Shown here one piece after another: positions 1 through 12,152 of a stretch of 64,000 bases of DNA. Each line of letters starts with the position of its first letter. Within the stretch, counting starts at the first letter, position 1. The position numbers and the translations under genes were made by a program. The stretch is from Burkholderiales bacterium (lineage in GTDB: Bacteria > Pseudomonadota > Gammaproteobacteria > Burkholderiales > SG8-41). Below the pieces are notes generated by a model. It was not told the DNA's origin, searched no databases, and saw only the letters and a program-made list of their open reading frames with translations. The stretch lies in NCBI GenBank assembly GCA_964203275.1, contig CAXNMF010000004.1, positions 226,748 to 290,747 on the forward strand, written 5' to 3'.

Positions 1-833
1 AGAATTGCGTAGCCCTCACGCGCAAGCTTTGCCAGCACCGGGATGTTGAGCTCCTTGTTGCGCTGCACGGCCTCGAGATCGCCCAGCTCCAGCTTGGGCA
101 TACCGCAGCAGGCTTCCTTCTCGACCACAGTCGACGGCACTTCGTTGTGCGCGAGGATCTTCAGCAGATCGTGGCCAATGCCCGGCTCGTTGTAATTCAC
201 ATAGCAGGTCGAAAAAATCGCTACCTTGCCCGGGGTCTGCTGGCCGTCCTTGACCGGAAATGACGCATCCGGTTGGGCAGTCGAACGGAATTTTGCGCTG
301 TCGTATTCGGGGAGGACGCGATCTTTGTGAATGCCGAGCACGCTGTCCATGACCTTACGCACCGGCGCGGCCTTGTTCGCGGCATTGACCACCTGCACCA
401 CCACGGGAATCGAGGCGAGCTTGCCCAGTGCATCGGTGCTGGACAGCAATTTGTCGCGGAAGCTGGTCCCGCCCTTGCGGAATTTGACCGCCTTGGCACG
501 CAACATCAAATGGGGGAAATCCAGATTCCATTCGTGCGGCGGCACATAAGGACACTTGGTCATGTAACACATGTCGCAGAGGTAGCAACGATCAATGACT
601 TCCCAGTAATCCTTCTTGGGAATGCCATCAACTTCGAGCGTCGGACTCTCATCGACCAGATCAAACAGCTTGGGAAACGCCGTGCACAGGTTCACACACC
701 GACGGCAGCCATGGCAGATGTCGAATACGCGTTCGAGTTCCTTGTCGAGTTTTTCCTCGTTGTAGAAATCCTCGGATTTCCAGTCCAGGGGATGCCGGGT
801 TGGGGCCTCGAGACTACCTTCGCGTGCGGTCAT
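1..833 (-). CDS. HdrD/GlpC-like (Fe-S)-binding oxidoreductase, N-terminal part only (3' end lies beyond window start)
   Basis: Absent from the ORF track because it has no stop inside the window. The reverse-strand ATG at 833-831 opens [57 protein letters not shown]...[20 protein letters not shown]...[24 protein letters not shown] checked that the frame stays open to position 1. The Cys-cluster motifs are typical of heterodisulfide-reductase D/GlpC-type proteins. The + ORF 273..1067 is its antisense shadow. Confidence 0.75.
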   Translation of the reverse strand, partial: MTAREGSLEAPTRHPLDWKSEDFYNEEKLDKELERVFDICHGCRRCVNLCTAFPKLFDLVDESPTLEVDGIPKKDYWEVIDRCYLCDMCYMTKCPYVPPHEWNLDFPHLMLRAKAVKFRKGGTSFRDKLLSSTDALGKLASIPVVVQVVNAANKAAPVRKVMDSVLGIHKDRVLPEYDSAKFRSTAQPDASFPVKDGQQTPGKVAIFSTCYVNYNEPGIGHDLLKILAHNEVPSTVVEKEACCGMPKLELGDLEAVQRNKELNIPVLAKLAREGYAI

Positions 834-916
834 GGTCGGATATGCTGCTCAATGGGTTGGGCTGAAAAGAAAGAGGCGCACATGCGCCCCTTTCTCCAAT
901 TGATCCTGGATAAGGA

Positions 917-1336
917 TCAGTCGGCCAAGGCGTCCAGGGCTTTCTGGAAGCGATTGGCGTGCGAGCGTTCGGCTTTCGCCAGCGTCTCGAACCAGTCGGC
1001 GATTTCACCGAAACCTTCGTCGCGCGCGGTTTTCGCCATACCCGGGTACATGTCGGTGTACTCGTGAGTCTCACCGGCAATCGCGGCCTTCAGGTTGTCG
1101 CGGGTGCGGCCGATCGGCAGATCGGTTGCGGGATCACCACAAGCTTCCATGTATTCCAGGTGGCCGTGCGCATGGCCGGTTTCGCCTTCCGCGGTGGAAC
1201 GGAAAACAGCTGCAACATCGTTCTGACCTTCAACGTCGGCTTTGGCTGCGAAGTAGAGATAACGGCGGTTGGCTTGCGATTCACCGGCAAATGCCGCCTT
1301 CAGATTGCCATGGGTCTTTGAATTCTTGAGTTGCAT
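917..1336 (-). CDS. rubrerythrin-family di-iron protein (139 aa, no rubredoxin domain)
   Basis: [37 protein letters not shown]...[13 protein letters not shown]...[14 protein letters not shown]...AERSHANRF. The paired ExxH ferritin-like motifs match rubrerythrin/erythrin. Confidence 0.85.
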   Translation of the reverse strand: MQLKNSKTHGNLKAAFAGESQANRRYLYFAAKADVEGQNDVAAVFRSTAEGETGHAHGHLEYMEACGDPATDLPIGRTRDNLKAAIAGETHEYTDMYPGMAKTARDEGFGEIADWFETLAKAERSHANRFQKALDALAD

Positions 1337-1514
1337 AAAAACTCCTTTAAAAACAATAGGTTACTTATAGCCTCACACGGTATTTCGCGCTCCGGAACAA
1401 CCTACATGCACAGATATTTAGACTAAATCTAATCTGTATTTAGAGTGTAAATCGAACCACTAAACAGAGTCAACAATAAAGCTGGAAACTGAACGAAAAC
1501 TTTGTACAGAAGGG

Positions 1515-2108
1515 TCAGTGACCGAGACTCGCCTCGATGTCCGCAAAAGTACGCGCAACTGCTTCGGTGGTAATCGCAATGCCCAATTGCCTTGCGATCT
1601 GCGTGGCAGAAAATACGCCGCGGACGCGCTGCCGTCCCTTCGCATCCAGATCAACCACCAATGTGTGCTGACGTCCTGCCGCTTTCAGCGTGGCGACGAC
1701 ATGGCCGACAGTTGCGGCTTTGACATCACGAAGATCCATCGCCTCCAGCGCGTCCCGCGGCGTCATGATGTCGCGGACCTGCACCTCGCTGCGATGAACA
1801 CCTTGCTGCACAGCGGTCTGGACGGGTTTTTCACCGAGCACATCGTTCGCAGTTACAAGACCATGCACGCGTCGATCAGCATCCACCACCAGCAACAGGC
1901 GTACACCTCGCTGAATCATGCGACGGTGGGCTTCATCGACGGTATCCCCGGGGAGAATGATGACCGCGGTGACCTTGTTGAAATCAGTCATCACATCAAG
2001 CGCAGGACTGTCGATGCGTACGCGTTCAAGAACAGCCTGTGTCGGCTGCGCATAACCGCTGTCAGCCTGCAGTGCAACAGGTTTTATTGCTGAATAGTCG
2101 CGAACCAT
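1515..2108 (-). CDS. CBS-domain protein
   Basis: 197 aa. It has tandem CBS-like segments (VMTDFNKVTAVIILPGDTVDEAHRRMIQRGVRLLLVVD ... VRDIMTPRDALEAMDLRDVKAATVGHVVATLKAAGRQHTLVVD). Confidence 0.7.
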   Translation of the reverse strand: MVRDYSAIKPVALQADSGYAQPTQAVLERVRIDSPALDVMTDFNKVTAVIILPGDTVDEAHRRMIQRGVRLLLVVDADRRVHGLVTANDVLGEKPVQTAVQQGVHRSEVQVRDIMTPRDALEAMDLRDVKAATVGHVVATLKAAGRQHTLVVDLDAKGRQRVRGVFSATQIARQLGIAITTEAVARTFADIEASLGH

Positions 2109-2193
2109 TTCCGCCTCCGCCCTCGTCGAGAAACTTCGATCGGAACCGTTACCGTAACGGTCTTGCCGCGTACCGGCTACTGACGGCTGGACT

Positions 2194-2712
2194 CTACACG
2201 CCTAGCAGCGGTGCACGCTGGCGTTTGCGTTGATCCTGACGTTTGACCAAGAAGCGGGACAACTCGTTCAGCGCCTGCTCATAAACAGCACGCTTGAATT
2301 CTATGACATCCTGCGTCGGTGCCCAATACTCGTGCCAGCGCCACGCGTCAAACTCGGGTTTCTCGGATGCGCGCAGACAGACATCGCAATCACGGCCTAC
2401 CAGCCGAAGCAGAAACCATATCTGCTTCTGTCCGCGGTAATTGCCGCGCCACTCCCGCCGTAGCCAGCGTTCCGGCACTTCATAACGCAGCCAGTCACGC
2501 GTGCGCCCCAGCACTTGAACGTGCTCGGGTTTGAGCCCGACCTCTTCATGCAATTCGCGGTACATCGCCGCCTCAGGACGCTCACCGCCCTTGATGCCGC
2601 CCTGCGGAAACTGCCACGAATGCTCGCGTACCCGCTTACCCCAAAAAACCTCGTTTTTCCAATTGCACAAAACGATCCCGACGTTGGGGCGATAGCCATC
2701 TCTGTCGATCAT
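2194..2712 (-). CDS. rppH: RNA pyrophosphohydrolase (Nudix)
   Basis: [17 protein letters not shown]...[30 protein letters not shown] is collinear with enterobacterial RppH, including the Nudix box. I chose the ATG at 2712 (MIDRDGY) rather than the ORF-track start at 2730. Confidence 0.9.
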   Translation of the reverse strand: MIDRDGYRPNVGIVLCNWKNEVFWGKRVREHSWQFPQGGIKGGERPEAAMYRELHEEVGLKPEHVQVLGRTRDWLRYEVPERWLRREWRGNYRGQKQIWFLLRLVGRDCDVCLRASEKPEFDAWRWHEYWAPTQDVIEFKRAVYEQALNELSRFLVKRQDQRKRQRAPLLGV

Positions 2713-2795
2713 GGTCATCCCCGAATGCATTGAACATATGGAACTGATTTTTTCACAATTCCCCGGGTATTGAAAGCCCGGAAAAACGTGGATTA

Positions 2796-3583
2796 TCAGG
2801 GCTTGAGCACCATCCCGTCATGGCAGTTCATCGTGTGCAGGCCGGCAACGAACTGCGGAAACTCCAGCCCGTAGCGTGCCTCCAGATCCATGGCACGCAA
2901 ACGCAAGTCTTCCCAATGTTGCGGACCCGGCGCATCACGAAAGCCGAAGGCAATCACATTGCCCAGTTTTCGCGCGGGAAGGCACAAGGTTCCGCCCGGG
3001 AAAGCCTCCTCGATCCGTTTCAGGACATCGTTGAACTCCCTGTCCCCCCCCACAGGTTGACCACCAGCATGCCGCCTGGCGCCAGCCGGGCCCGACAATC
3101 GGAGTAAAACACCTTAGTCGCCAACGCTTCCACATAAGACTCGGCATCATAACCGTCAACCATGATGACATCCGCGCGCACGTCCTCACGCGAAATGTAT
3201 TCCGCACCATCACCGACGATGATTTCAAAACGGGGGGCGTTTTCCGGGACCAGAAAACACTGCCTGGCAATCGCCACGACATGGGGATCGATCTCCAGCA
3301 CCCGCACAAACACTTCCGGCATGTGGTGACGCACAAACTTAGCCACAGATCCGCCACCAAGGCCAATCATCAGCACATGCTTGGGCGAAGGGTGGAACAG
3401 CAGAAATGCCATCATCGACCGGGTATAAGACAATTCAAGATCGTTAGGGCGTGAAATACGCATCGAACTCTGCACGGTATCGCTTCCGATATGCAGGGAA
3501 CGCACGCCGAATTTCTCGCTGACGTAAACAGTCTTGGCATCTTCTGCAGGCTTGCGCAGACGCCATTTCGGGACAAAACGCAT
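2796..3583 (-). pseudogene. spermidine synthase-like (class I methyltransferase fold) gene split by a frameshift in a C8/G8 homopolymer
   Basis: The N-terminal part is ORF 3020..3748, with its likely start at MRFVPKWR (3583). It carries VLMIGLGGGSVAKF...VLEIDPHVV...DVIMVDGYD...GGMLVVNLWGG and then stops. The continuation (G)DREFNDVLKRIEEAFPG... is in ORF 2796..3098. The two frames meet at the run of eight C at 3044-3051. Nine G on the coding strand would restore LWGGDREFNDV. Confidence 0.7.
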
Positions 3584-3650
3584 GGTGATTCCGGGGAAAG
3601 GTTGCTCTAGTGTCCTGTAGAATAAGGCCTTTCCCCGATCTGGAACAGGC

Positions 3651-5350
3651 ATGCGCGTCACGCAATTTCTAATCTCCACGCTGAAGGAAGCCCCTTCCGA
3701 AGCCGAAGTCGTCAGCCACAAGCTCATGTTGAGGGCCGGCCTGATCAAACGCCTGACCAGCGGCGTCTACACATGGATGCCGCTGGGTCTGCGCGTGCTG
3801 CGCCGGGTCGAGAACATCATCCGCGAGGAAATGAACCGTGGTGGCGCCATTGAATTGCTGATGCCAGCAGTTCAACCCGCCGAGTTGTGGCAGGAATCGA
3901 CGCGCTGGGAACAGTACGGCCCCGAATTGTTACGCCTGAAGGACCGTCACCAGCGCGATTTCTGCTTTGGTCCCACACATGAGGAAGTAGTCTGCGATGT
4001 CGCCCGCCGCGAAATCAAAAGCTACCGCCAATTGCCCCTGAACCTTTATCAGATCCAGACCAAGTTCCGAGACGAAATCCGCCCGCGCTTCGGCGTGATG
4101 CGCGGTCGCGAATTCCTGATGAAGGACGCGTACTCCTTCCATGTGAACTACGACGATCTGGTACGCGAATATCGCAACATGCACGACACCTACAGCCGCA
4201 TCTTTACGCGACTGGGATTGAAGTTCCGTGCCGTGGCAGCGGATACCGGCTCCATCGGCGGCACAGGCTCCCATGAATTCCATGTGCTCGCAGATTCGGG
4301 TGAAGATGCCATCGCCTACTGTCCGCAGTCGGATTACGCAGCCAATGTCGAACTGGCCGAGGCAGTTGCCCCTGCCGCACCACGCCCCTCCCCAGCACAG
4401 AGCGTGCAGAAAGTGCATACCCCAGGCATCAAGACCATTGCCGACCTGAGCACGTTTCTGAAATTACCCGCAGAGCGCACCGTAAAAGCTGTGGTGGTCG
4501 ACGGCGTCGATGGCAAACCGTTGCTGCTGCTGGTTCGCGGTGATCACGAGCTGAACATGATCAAGGCCGGCAAACTTGAACAAGTACAGCAACCGGTCGC
4601 GTTTTCTTCAGCGGAAGCCATCCGCTCCGCCTTCAACGCAGATCCCGGCTCGCTCGGCCCGGTCGGATTCAACGGCACCGTCATCGCCGACCGTGCCGTC
4701 GGCACCATGGCCGATTTTGTTGTCGGCGCCAACGATAACGATTTTCACCTGACCGGCGTCAACATCGGTCGGGACTTCGCCGAACCGGTATTCGCCGACA
4801 TTCGCAACGTGGTGGCCGGCGACGTGTCTCCCGACGGCAAAGGAACGCTGGAAATTTGCCGAGGCATTGAAGTCGGTCATATCTTCCAGTTGCGCTCCAA
4901 ATATGCGAAAGCAATGAATCTCGCATTCCTCGACGAATCGGGAAAATCGCAGATCATGGAAATGGGCTGCTACGGCATCGGGGTCACACGCATCGTCGCC
5001 GCTGCCATTGAGCAAAACTACGACGACCGCGGCATCATATTTCCGCAGGCAATTGCGCCTTTTGACGTCGCCATCGTACCGATCGGCTATGCCAAGAGCG
5101 CTCAGGTAAAGGAAGCTGCCGACCGCCTGCACGATGCACTCGCCGCTGCCGGCATCGCCGTGCTTCTCGACAATCGAGACGAACGACCTGGCGTGATGTT
5201 CGCAGACATGGAACTGATCGGAATACCGCATCGCGTCGTCATTGGCGACCGCGGACTCAAGGACGGCCAGATCGAATACAAAGGTCGGCGCGATGCCGAG
5301 GCGCGCACCCTGCCGTTGACCGAGGCGGAAACATCATTAAAATCAATGAT

Positions 5351-5375
<25 letters not shown>
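3651..5375 (+). CDS. proS: prolyl-tRNA synthetase
   Basis: 574 aa. [46 protein letters not shown]..., with class II motifs and an editing-domain insertion. Bacterial-type ProS. Confidence 0.95.
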
Positions 5376-6603
<1,228 letters not shown>

Positions 6604-6610
6604 TTCCGGC

Positions 6611-6973
6611 ATGCGCATCACACATCTCATCACCGCAATCACACTCTGCATGCTGATACTTCTGTGCGTGGCATGGGAACTGTGGCTGGCACCACTGCGC
6701 CCCGGCGGCTCATGGCTTGCACTGAAAGTGCTGCCGCTGTTATGGATCAGCCCCGGCATCCTGCGTGGCCGCCTCTACACTTTTCGGGCATCAACCATGC
6801 TGATACTCGCCTACTTTGCAGAGGGCGCGGTACGGGCCTATTCCGACACGGGACTAAGCGCAATGCTGGCGCTGGTTGAAGTTGTGCTGTCGATGGTGTA
6901 TTTCGCCGGAGCTATCGGCCACGTCCGCGCCTGCCGCACAATCAAATCCGCAACAGGTGCAACACCAGCATGA
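6611..6973 (+). CDS. DUF2069-like small membrane protein
   Basis: 120 aa with 4 predicted TM segments. It lies directly after wrbA, as in many proteobacteria. Confidence 0.65.
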   Translation: MRITHLITAITLCMLILLCVAWELWLAPLRPGGSWLALKVLPLLWISPGILRGRLYTFRASTMLILAYFAEGAVRAYSDTGLSAMLALVEVVLSMVYFAGAIGHVRACRTIKSATGATPA

Positions 6974-7142
6974 GGGCCAGCGACAGGACAATACTGGTCG
7001 CGACCGGGAAATAAAAACGCCGGCCATTGCGCTGGACACTGACATCACCCGGCATCCGTCCCAAGCCCAGCCGTGCCAGCCATGGTCCGGCAAGTCCCAA
7101 AACAATAATCACCACCGCCAGGGTGAGCAGCCACTTCAACAT
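6942..7142 (-). CDS. DUF2905-like small membrane protein
   Basis: MLKWLLTLAVVIIVLGLAGPWLARLGLGRMPGDVSVQRNGRRFYFPVATSIVLSLALMLVLHLL. ATG at 7142; the ORF-track start at 7151 is a GTG. Confidence 0.55.
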   Translation of the reverse strand: MLKWLLTLAVVIIVLGLAGPWLARLGLGRMPGDVSVQRNGRRFYFPVATSIVLSLALMLVLHLLRI

Positions 7143-7176
7143 GACAGCCACCCTGGCCCGTGGGATTGTTGTATTT

Positions 7177-8718
7177 TCAAAGCTGAGGGTTCAAGCGCTC
7201 GGCCTTGGCACACAGTTTGTTTACCGCGTTGATATAGGCTTTTGCTGAGGCCACGACAATATCGGTATCAGCACCTTGGCCATTGACGACCCGACCATCC
7301 TTGGACAGTCGCACGGTAACCTCCCCTTGGGCATCGGTCCCCGTGGTGATGGCGTTCACCGAATACAGCAACAACTCGGCATTGCTCGACACCAGCGCCT
7401 CGACCGCTTTGAATGCGGCATCGACAGGGCCGCTGCCCTGGGCTTCGGAAGCACGCTCCTTTCCGTCATCGGACATCACAATCCGCGCATACGGATGTTC
7501 TCCGGTTTCTGAATGTGCCGTCAGCGAAACCAGGTTGTAGCGCTCGTTTTCGATGTGCTCAAGATTCTCTTCGCTGATCAAGGCATGGAGATCCTCATCA
7601 AAAATCTCGCGCTTCTTGTCGGCGAGTTCCTTGAAGCGCTTGAATGCGGCGTTAAGTGCTTCTTCCGAATCAAGTTCAACACCGATCTCCTGCAAGCGTG
7701 TTTTGAACGCATTGCGTCCGGAAAGCTTGCCCAAAGTCAGCCGGTTGGTGGTCCAGCCCACCGATTCGGCACTCATGATCTCGTAGGTTTCACGATGCTT
7801 GAGCACGCCATCCTGATGAATGCCCGATTCATGCGCAAAAGCATTGGCCCCGACAATCGCCTTGTTCGGTTGCACCGGATATCCGGTGATGCCGGAAACC
7901 AGCTTGGATGCCGGCACGATTTGCGTCGCATCGATATTGGTGTCGCATGTAAAGACATCCTGGCGAGTACGCACCGCCATCACGATCTCCTCAAGGGCGG
8001 CATTACCAGCACGTTCGCCTAGACCGTTGATGGTGCATTCCACCTGCCGGGCGCCGTTCTGCACAGCCGACAGGGAGTTTGCAACCGCAAGTCCAAGGTC
8101 GTTGTGGCAATGCACTGACCAGATGGCCTGATCAGCATTAGGGATGCGTTCCCGAAGATTTTTGATCAATCGGCCGAACTGGTCGGGCAGCGTATAGCCC
8201 ACGGTGTCCGGCACATTGATCGTCCTGGCGCCAGCCTTGATCACCTGCTCAAGAATGCGGCACAAAAAATCGAGATCCGAACGGCCGGCATCTTCAGGCG
8301 AAAACTCGACATTGTCGGTGTAATCCCGCGCCCACTTGATCGCACGCACAGCCTGGTCGATGACCTGCGACGGCTCCATGCGCAGCTTTTTCTCCATATG
8401 AATCGGAGAAGTGGCGATAAACGTGTGGATGCGCGGCTGCGCAGCAACACGGACCGCCTCACCGCAGCGGCGGATGTCCTTTTCGTTGGCTCGGGCCAGC
8501 CCGCAGATTGTGCTCTCCTTGATGGCGCGGGCCACTGCCTGGACCGACTCGAAATCGCCATCACTCGCAGCCGGAAATCCGGCTTCAATGACATCGACAC
8601 GCATGCGCTCAAGCTGGCGCGCGATGCGCAACTTGTCTTCCTTGGTCATCGATGCACCAGGACTCTGCTCCCCGTCGCGCATCGTTGTATCAAATATGAT
8701 CAACTTTTCTTTGGCCAT
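7177..8718 (-). CDS. leuA: 2-isopropylmalate synthase
   Basis: 513 aa. [52 protein letters not shown]...[14 protein letters not shown]. Confidence 0.95.
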   Translation of the reverse strand: MAKEKLIIFDTTMRDGEQSPGASMTKEDKLRIARQLERMRVDVIEAGFPAASDGDFESVQAVARAIKESTICGLARANEKDIRRCGEAVRVAAQPRIHTFIATSPIHMEKKLRMEPSQVIDQAVRAIKWARDYTDNVEFSPEDAGRSDLDFLCRILEQVIKAGARTINVPDTVGYTLPDQFGRLIKNLRERIPNADQAIWSVHCHNDLGLAVANSLSAVQNGARQVECTINGLGERAGNAALEEIVMAVRTRQDVFTCDTNIDATQIVPASKLVSGITGYPVQPNKAIVGANAFAHESGIHQDGVLKHRETYEIMSAESVGWTTNRLTLGKLSGRNAFKTRLQEIGVELDSEEALNAAFKRFKELADKKREIFDEDLHALISEENLEHIENERYNLVSLTAHSETGEHPYARIVMSDDGKERASEAQGSGPVDAAFKAVEALVSSNAELLLYSVNAITTGTDAQGEVTVRLSKDGRVVNGQGADTDIVVASAKAYINAVNKLCAKAERLNPQL

Positions 8719-8831
8719 GATTCATACCTCAAAATTCAATCGGGATACGGCAAAGGCATCCCTTAATCGGGTGTTCCGGCCATTTGAAATCGGGCCGGAC
8801 GGAGAACTGCAAATCGGAAGTAGGGGTGTGT

Positions 8832-8918
8832 TTAGCGCGCGCGGCCGCGCAGCAGCAGACCGGCCAGCGCGAGCGCGGCGACGGGGGACAACAATTGGGT
8901 CTGCGTTAAACGACACAT
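8832..8918 (-). promoter_or_regulatory. candidate Leu-rich leader peptide ORF upstream of leuA (28 codons)
   Basis: The reverse-strand ATG at 8918 encodes MCRLTQTQLLSPVAALALAGLLLRGRAR, with its stop at 8834-8832. It has 8 Leu, including three consecutive CTG codons. GGCCGG/CCGGCC/GGCCGG segments follow that could pair in alternative ways. Confidence 0.35.
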
Positions 8919-8962
8919 GGTTTATGAAATATATCGGCTTTCCGTAAGACCTGCAAGCCGGC

Positions 8963-9787
8963 CTATCCGGCCGCGGGCGGCTCGTTAGGCGGCTGCCGCC
9001 GAAATTTGTCATATACCCACAGGACATAGCCCGAAAGGCCGTACACCATGAACAGCGCAAACAGCATCTCAGGAAGTGTGCCCGCGAACGAGATCAGCAG
9101 CACGAATCCCAGCGCAATTGCCACAACTGCAGAAAAAGGCACGCTTTTGCGCAGGTTGATATCCTTGCCACTGTAAAACCGCAGATTGCTGACCATCGTC
9201 AGTCCGGCAACCAGCGTCAGCCCCCACGCCAGCCATTTCACATCGGAGCCCCTGACCTGATATTCGGACATGGCAAGAACCAATCCAGCCACCAAAGCCG
9301 CAGCCGCCGGGCTGGGCAATCCCTGAAAAAACCTTTTGTCGACCACATCAATATTGGTATTGAAACGGGCAAGCCGCAGTGCAGCGCAGGCGCAATAAAC
9401 AAAAGCCGCAATCCAACCCAGTTTGGTGGACAACCAGGGACCGAGCAGTGGCACGGTTTTCATCGCCGCAAAGTCCTTTAACGCCCACACATAAACCACC
9501 AGCGCAGGCGCAACACCGAACGACACCATATCGGAAAGACTGTCGAGTTCGGCGCCAAATGCGCTCTGCGTCCGGGTCAGTCGCGCTATACGGCCATCCA
9601 GGCCATCAAGCACCAACGCCACGAATATGGCAATGGCAGCCAGTTCAAAACGACCGCTGACAGCCTGCACTACGGCGTAAAAGCCCGCGAAGAGCGCCGC
9701 CAGCGTAAACATGTTCGGCAACCAATAGATGCCGCGCCGCGCAAAGCGGGACTTGATGAATAACTTGTGCTCTTTGAGTTCAGCCAT
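8963..9787 (-). CDS. pssA: CDP-diacylglycerol--serine O-phosphatidyltransferase
   Basis: 274 aa. Multi-TM protein with the CDP-alcohol phosphatidyltransferase motif region (DGLDGRIARLTRTQSAFGAELDSLSD). Confidence 0.9.
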   Translation of the reverse strand: MAELKEHKLFIKSRFARRGIYWLPNMFTLAALFAGFYAVVQAVSGRFELAAIAIFVALVLDGLDGRIARLTRTQSAFGAELDSLSDMVSFGVAPALVVYVWALKDFAAMKTVPLLGPWLSTKLGWIAAFVYCACAALRLARFNTNIDVVDKRFFQGLPSPAAAALVAGLVLAMSEYQVRGSDVKWLAWGLTLVAGLTMVSNLRFYSGKDINLRKSVPFSAVVAIALGFVLLISFAGTLPEMLFALFMVYGLSGYVLWVYDKFRRQPPNEPPAAG

Positions 9788-9840
9788 GATCCAGATGTTA
9801 AACCATCCGCCGGCAATCCGTCAGACGGTTTGAATGGCCG

Positions 9841-10515
9841 TCACTGCAGGGAGGCGAGAACGGTTTCCGTCGCGTAGACCTTGTCACCGACAACCGCACG
9901 CGGGGCTGCCGTCGGCGGAAGATAAACATCGACACGCGAACCAAAGCGGATGAAACCGAAACGGTCACCACGGGCAAAGTGCTGCCCTTCTTTTGCATAG
10001 CAGAGAATACGTCGGGCAATCAGGCCTGCGACCTGAACGCAAGTCACATCATGCCCGTCAGAAGTGCGCAAACAGGTTACTGCACGCTCATTTTCGATCG
10101 ATGCCTTAGACAACTCGGCATTGACGAATTTACCCGGGAAATACAGCGTTTTGGTAACAATCCCATCGACAGGGATTCGGTTCGAATGCGCATTGAAAAC
10201 ATTCATGAACACGCTGATCTTCAGTGCATCGCGGTCCAGATAAGGATCACGCACCTTTTCCACGGAAACAATCCGGCCATCGGCCGGTGAAATCACCGCA
10301 TACGGATCTGGGGGAATGGCGCGCTGCGGATCTCGGAAAAACTGCACCATGAACAGCGCGATCAGCCAGGGAAATGCGGCCGCACCGAACCCGGAATAGG
10401 CATGAATGCCAGCAGCAACAGTCAGGGCGAGGGCGATAAAGGGCCAGCCCTCGCGGGCGATGATCGGGTGGGGATATTTTTTCATCAGCAGGCGGACGGA
10501 AACGGTCTGCGACAT
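9841..10515 (-). CDS. psd: phosphatidylserine decarboxylase family protein (short, membrane-anchored type)
   Basis: 224 aa. It ends ...[19 protein letters not shown] (the GS self-cleavage region) and lies directly downstream of pssA. Confidence 0.85.
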   Translation of the reverse strand: MSQTVSVRLLMKKYPHPIIAREGWPFIALALTVAAGIHAYSGFGAAAFPWLIALFMVQFFRDPQRAIPPDPYAVISPADGRIVSVEKVRDPYLDRDALKISVFMNVFNAHSNRIPVDGIVTKTLYFPGKFVNAELSKASIENERAVTCLRTSDGHDVTCVQVAGLIARRILCYAKEGQHFARGDRFGFIRFGSRVDVYLPPTAAPRAVVGDKVYATETVLASLQ

Positions 10516-10558
10516 CCGTGATTACACGGCACGCCGCAAACCGTCTTCCACGCTGGCA

Positions 10559-11629
<1,071 letters not shown>

Positions 11630-11656
11630 TCAGACGCGGCGCCGGGGGTCGGTAAA

Positions 11657-12148
11657 TCAAGCTTTCAGCACGCGGTCGCCACGCCCGATACCGGATGCGC
11701 CTGTGCGCACGGTTTCAAGTATCGCCGTCGGGTCTATCGCTTTCAGGAAGGCATCAAGCTTCGAGCCGGGACCGGTAAGCTCGACCGTGTAGTCCTTGTC
11801 GGTAACATCAATGATGCGGCCGCGGAAAATATCCGCCATCCGCTTCATTTCCTCGCGGTCCTTGCCTACGGCGCGCAATTTCACCAGCATCAGTTCGCGC
11901 TCGATATGTTCGCCTTCGGACAGATCCACCACCTTGACCACATCAACCAGCTTGTTGAGCTGCTTGTTGATCTGCTCGATGATTTCATCAGAACCGGAGG
12001 TGACGATGGTCATGCGCGACAGCGTCGCGTCTTCAGTCGGCGCGACCGTCAGAGACTCGATATTGTAGCCACGCGCCGAAAACAGACCAGCCACACGTGA
12101 CAGCGCCCCCGCTTCGTTTTCCAGCAATACGGAAATGATGTGTCTCAT
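11657..12148 (-). CDS. ilvH: acetolactate synthase small (regulatory) subunit
   Basis: MRHIISVLLENEAGALSRVAGLFSARGYNIESLTVAPTED... (ACT domain). Confidence 0.95.
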   Translation of the reverse strand: MRHIISVLLENEAGALSRVAGLFSARGYNIESLTVAPTEDATLSRMTIVTSGSDEIIEQINKQLNKLVDVVKVVDLSEGEHIERELMLVKLRAVGKDREEMKRMADIFRGRIIDVTDKDYTVELTGPGSKLDAFLKAIDPTAILETVRTGASGIGRGDRVLKA

Positions 12149-12152
12149 GGCG

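Noticed and set aside
8722-9060. ORF 8722..9060 (-, 112 aa) spanning the leuA leader and the 3' end of pssA.
   Set aside because: It overlaps the pssA coding end in another frame. Its translation is Arg/Pro/Ala-rich, which looks like GC-skew noise. The short Leu-rich ORF in a different frame is the more meaningful reading of this region.
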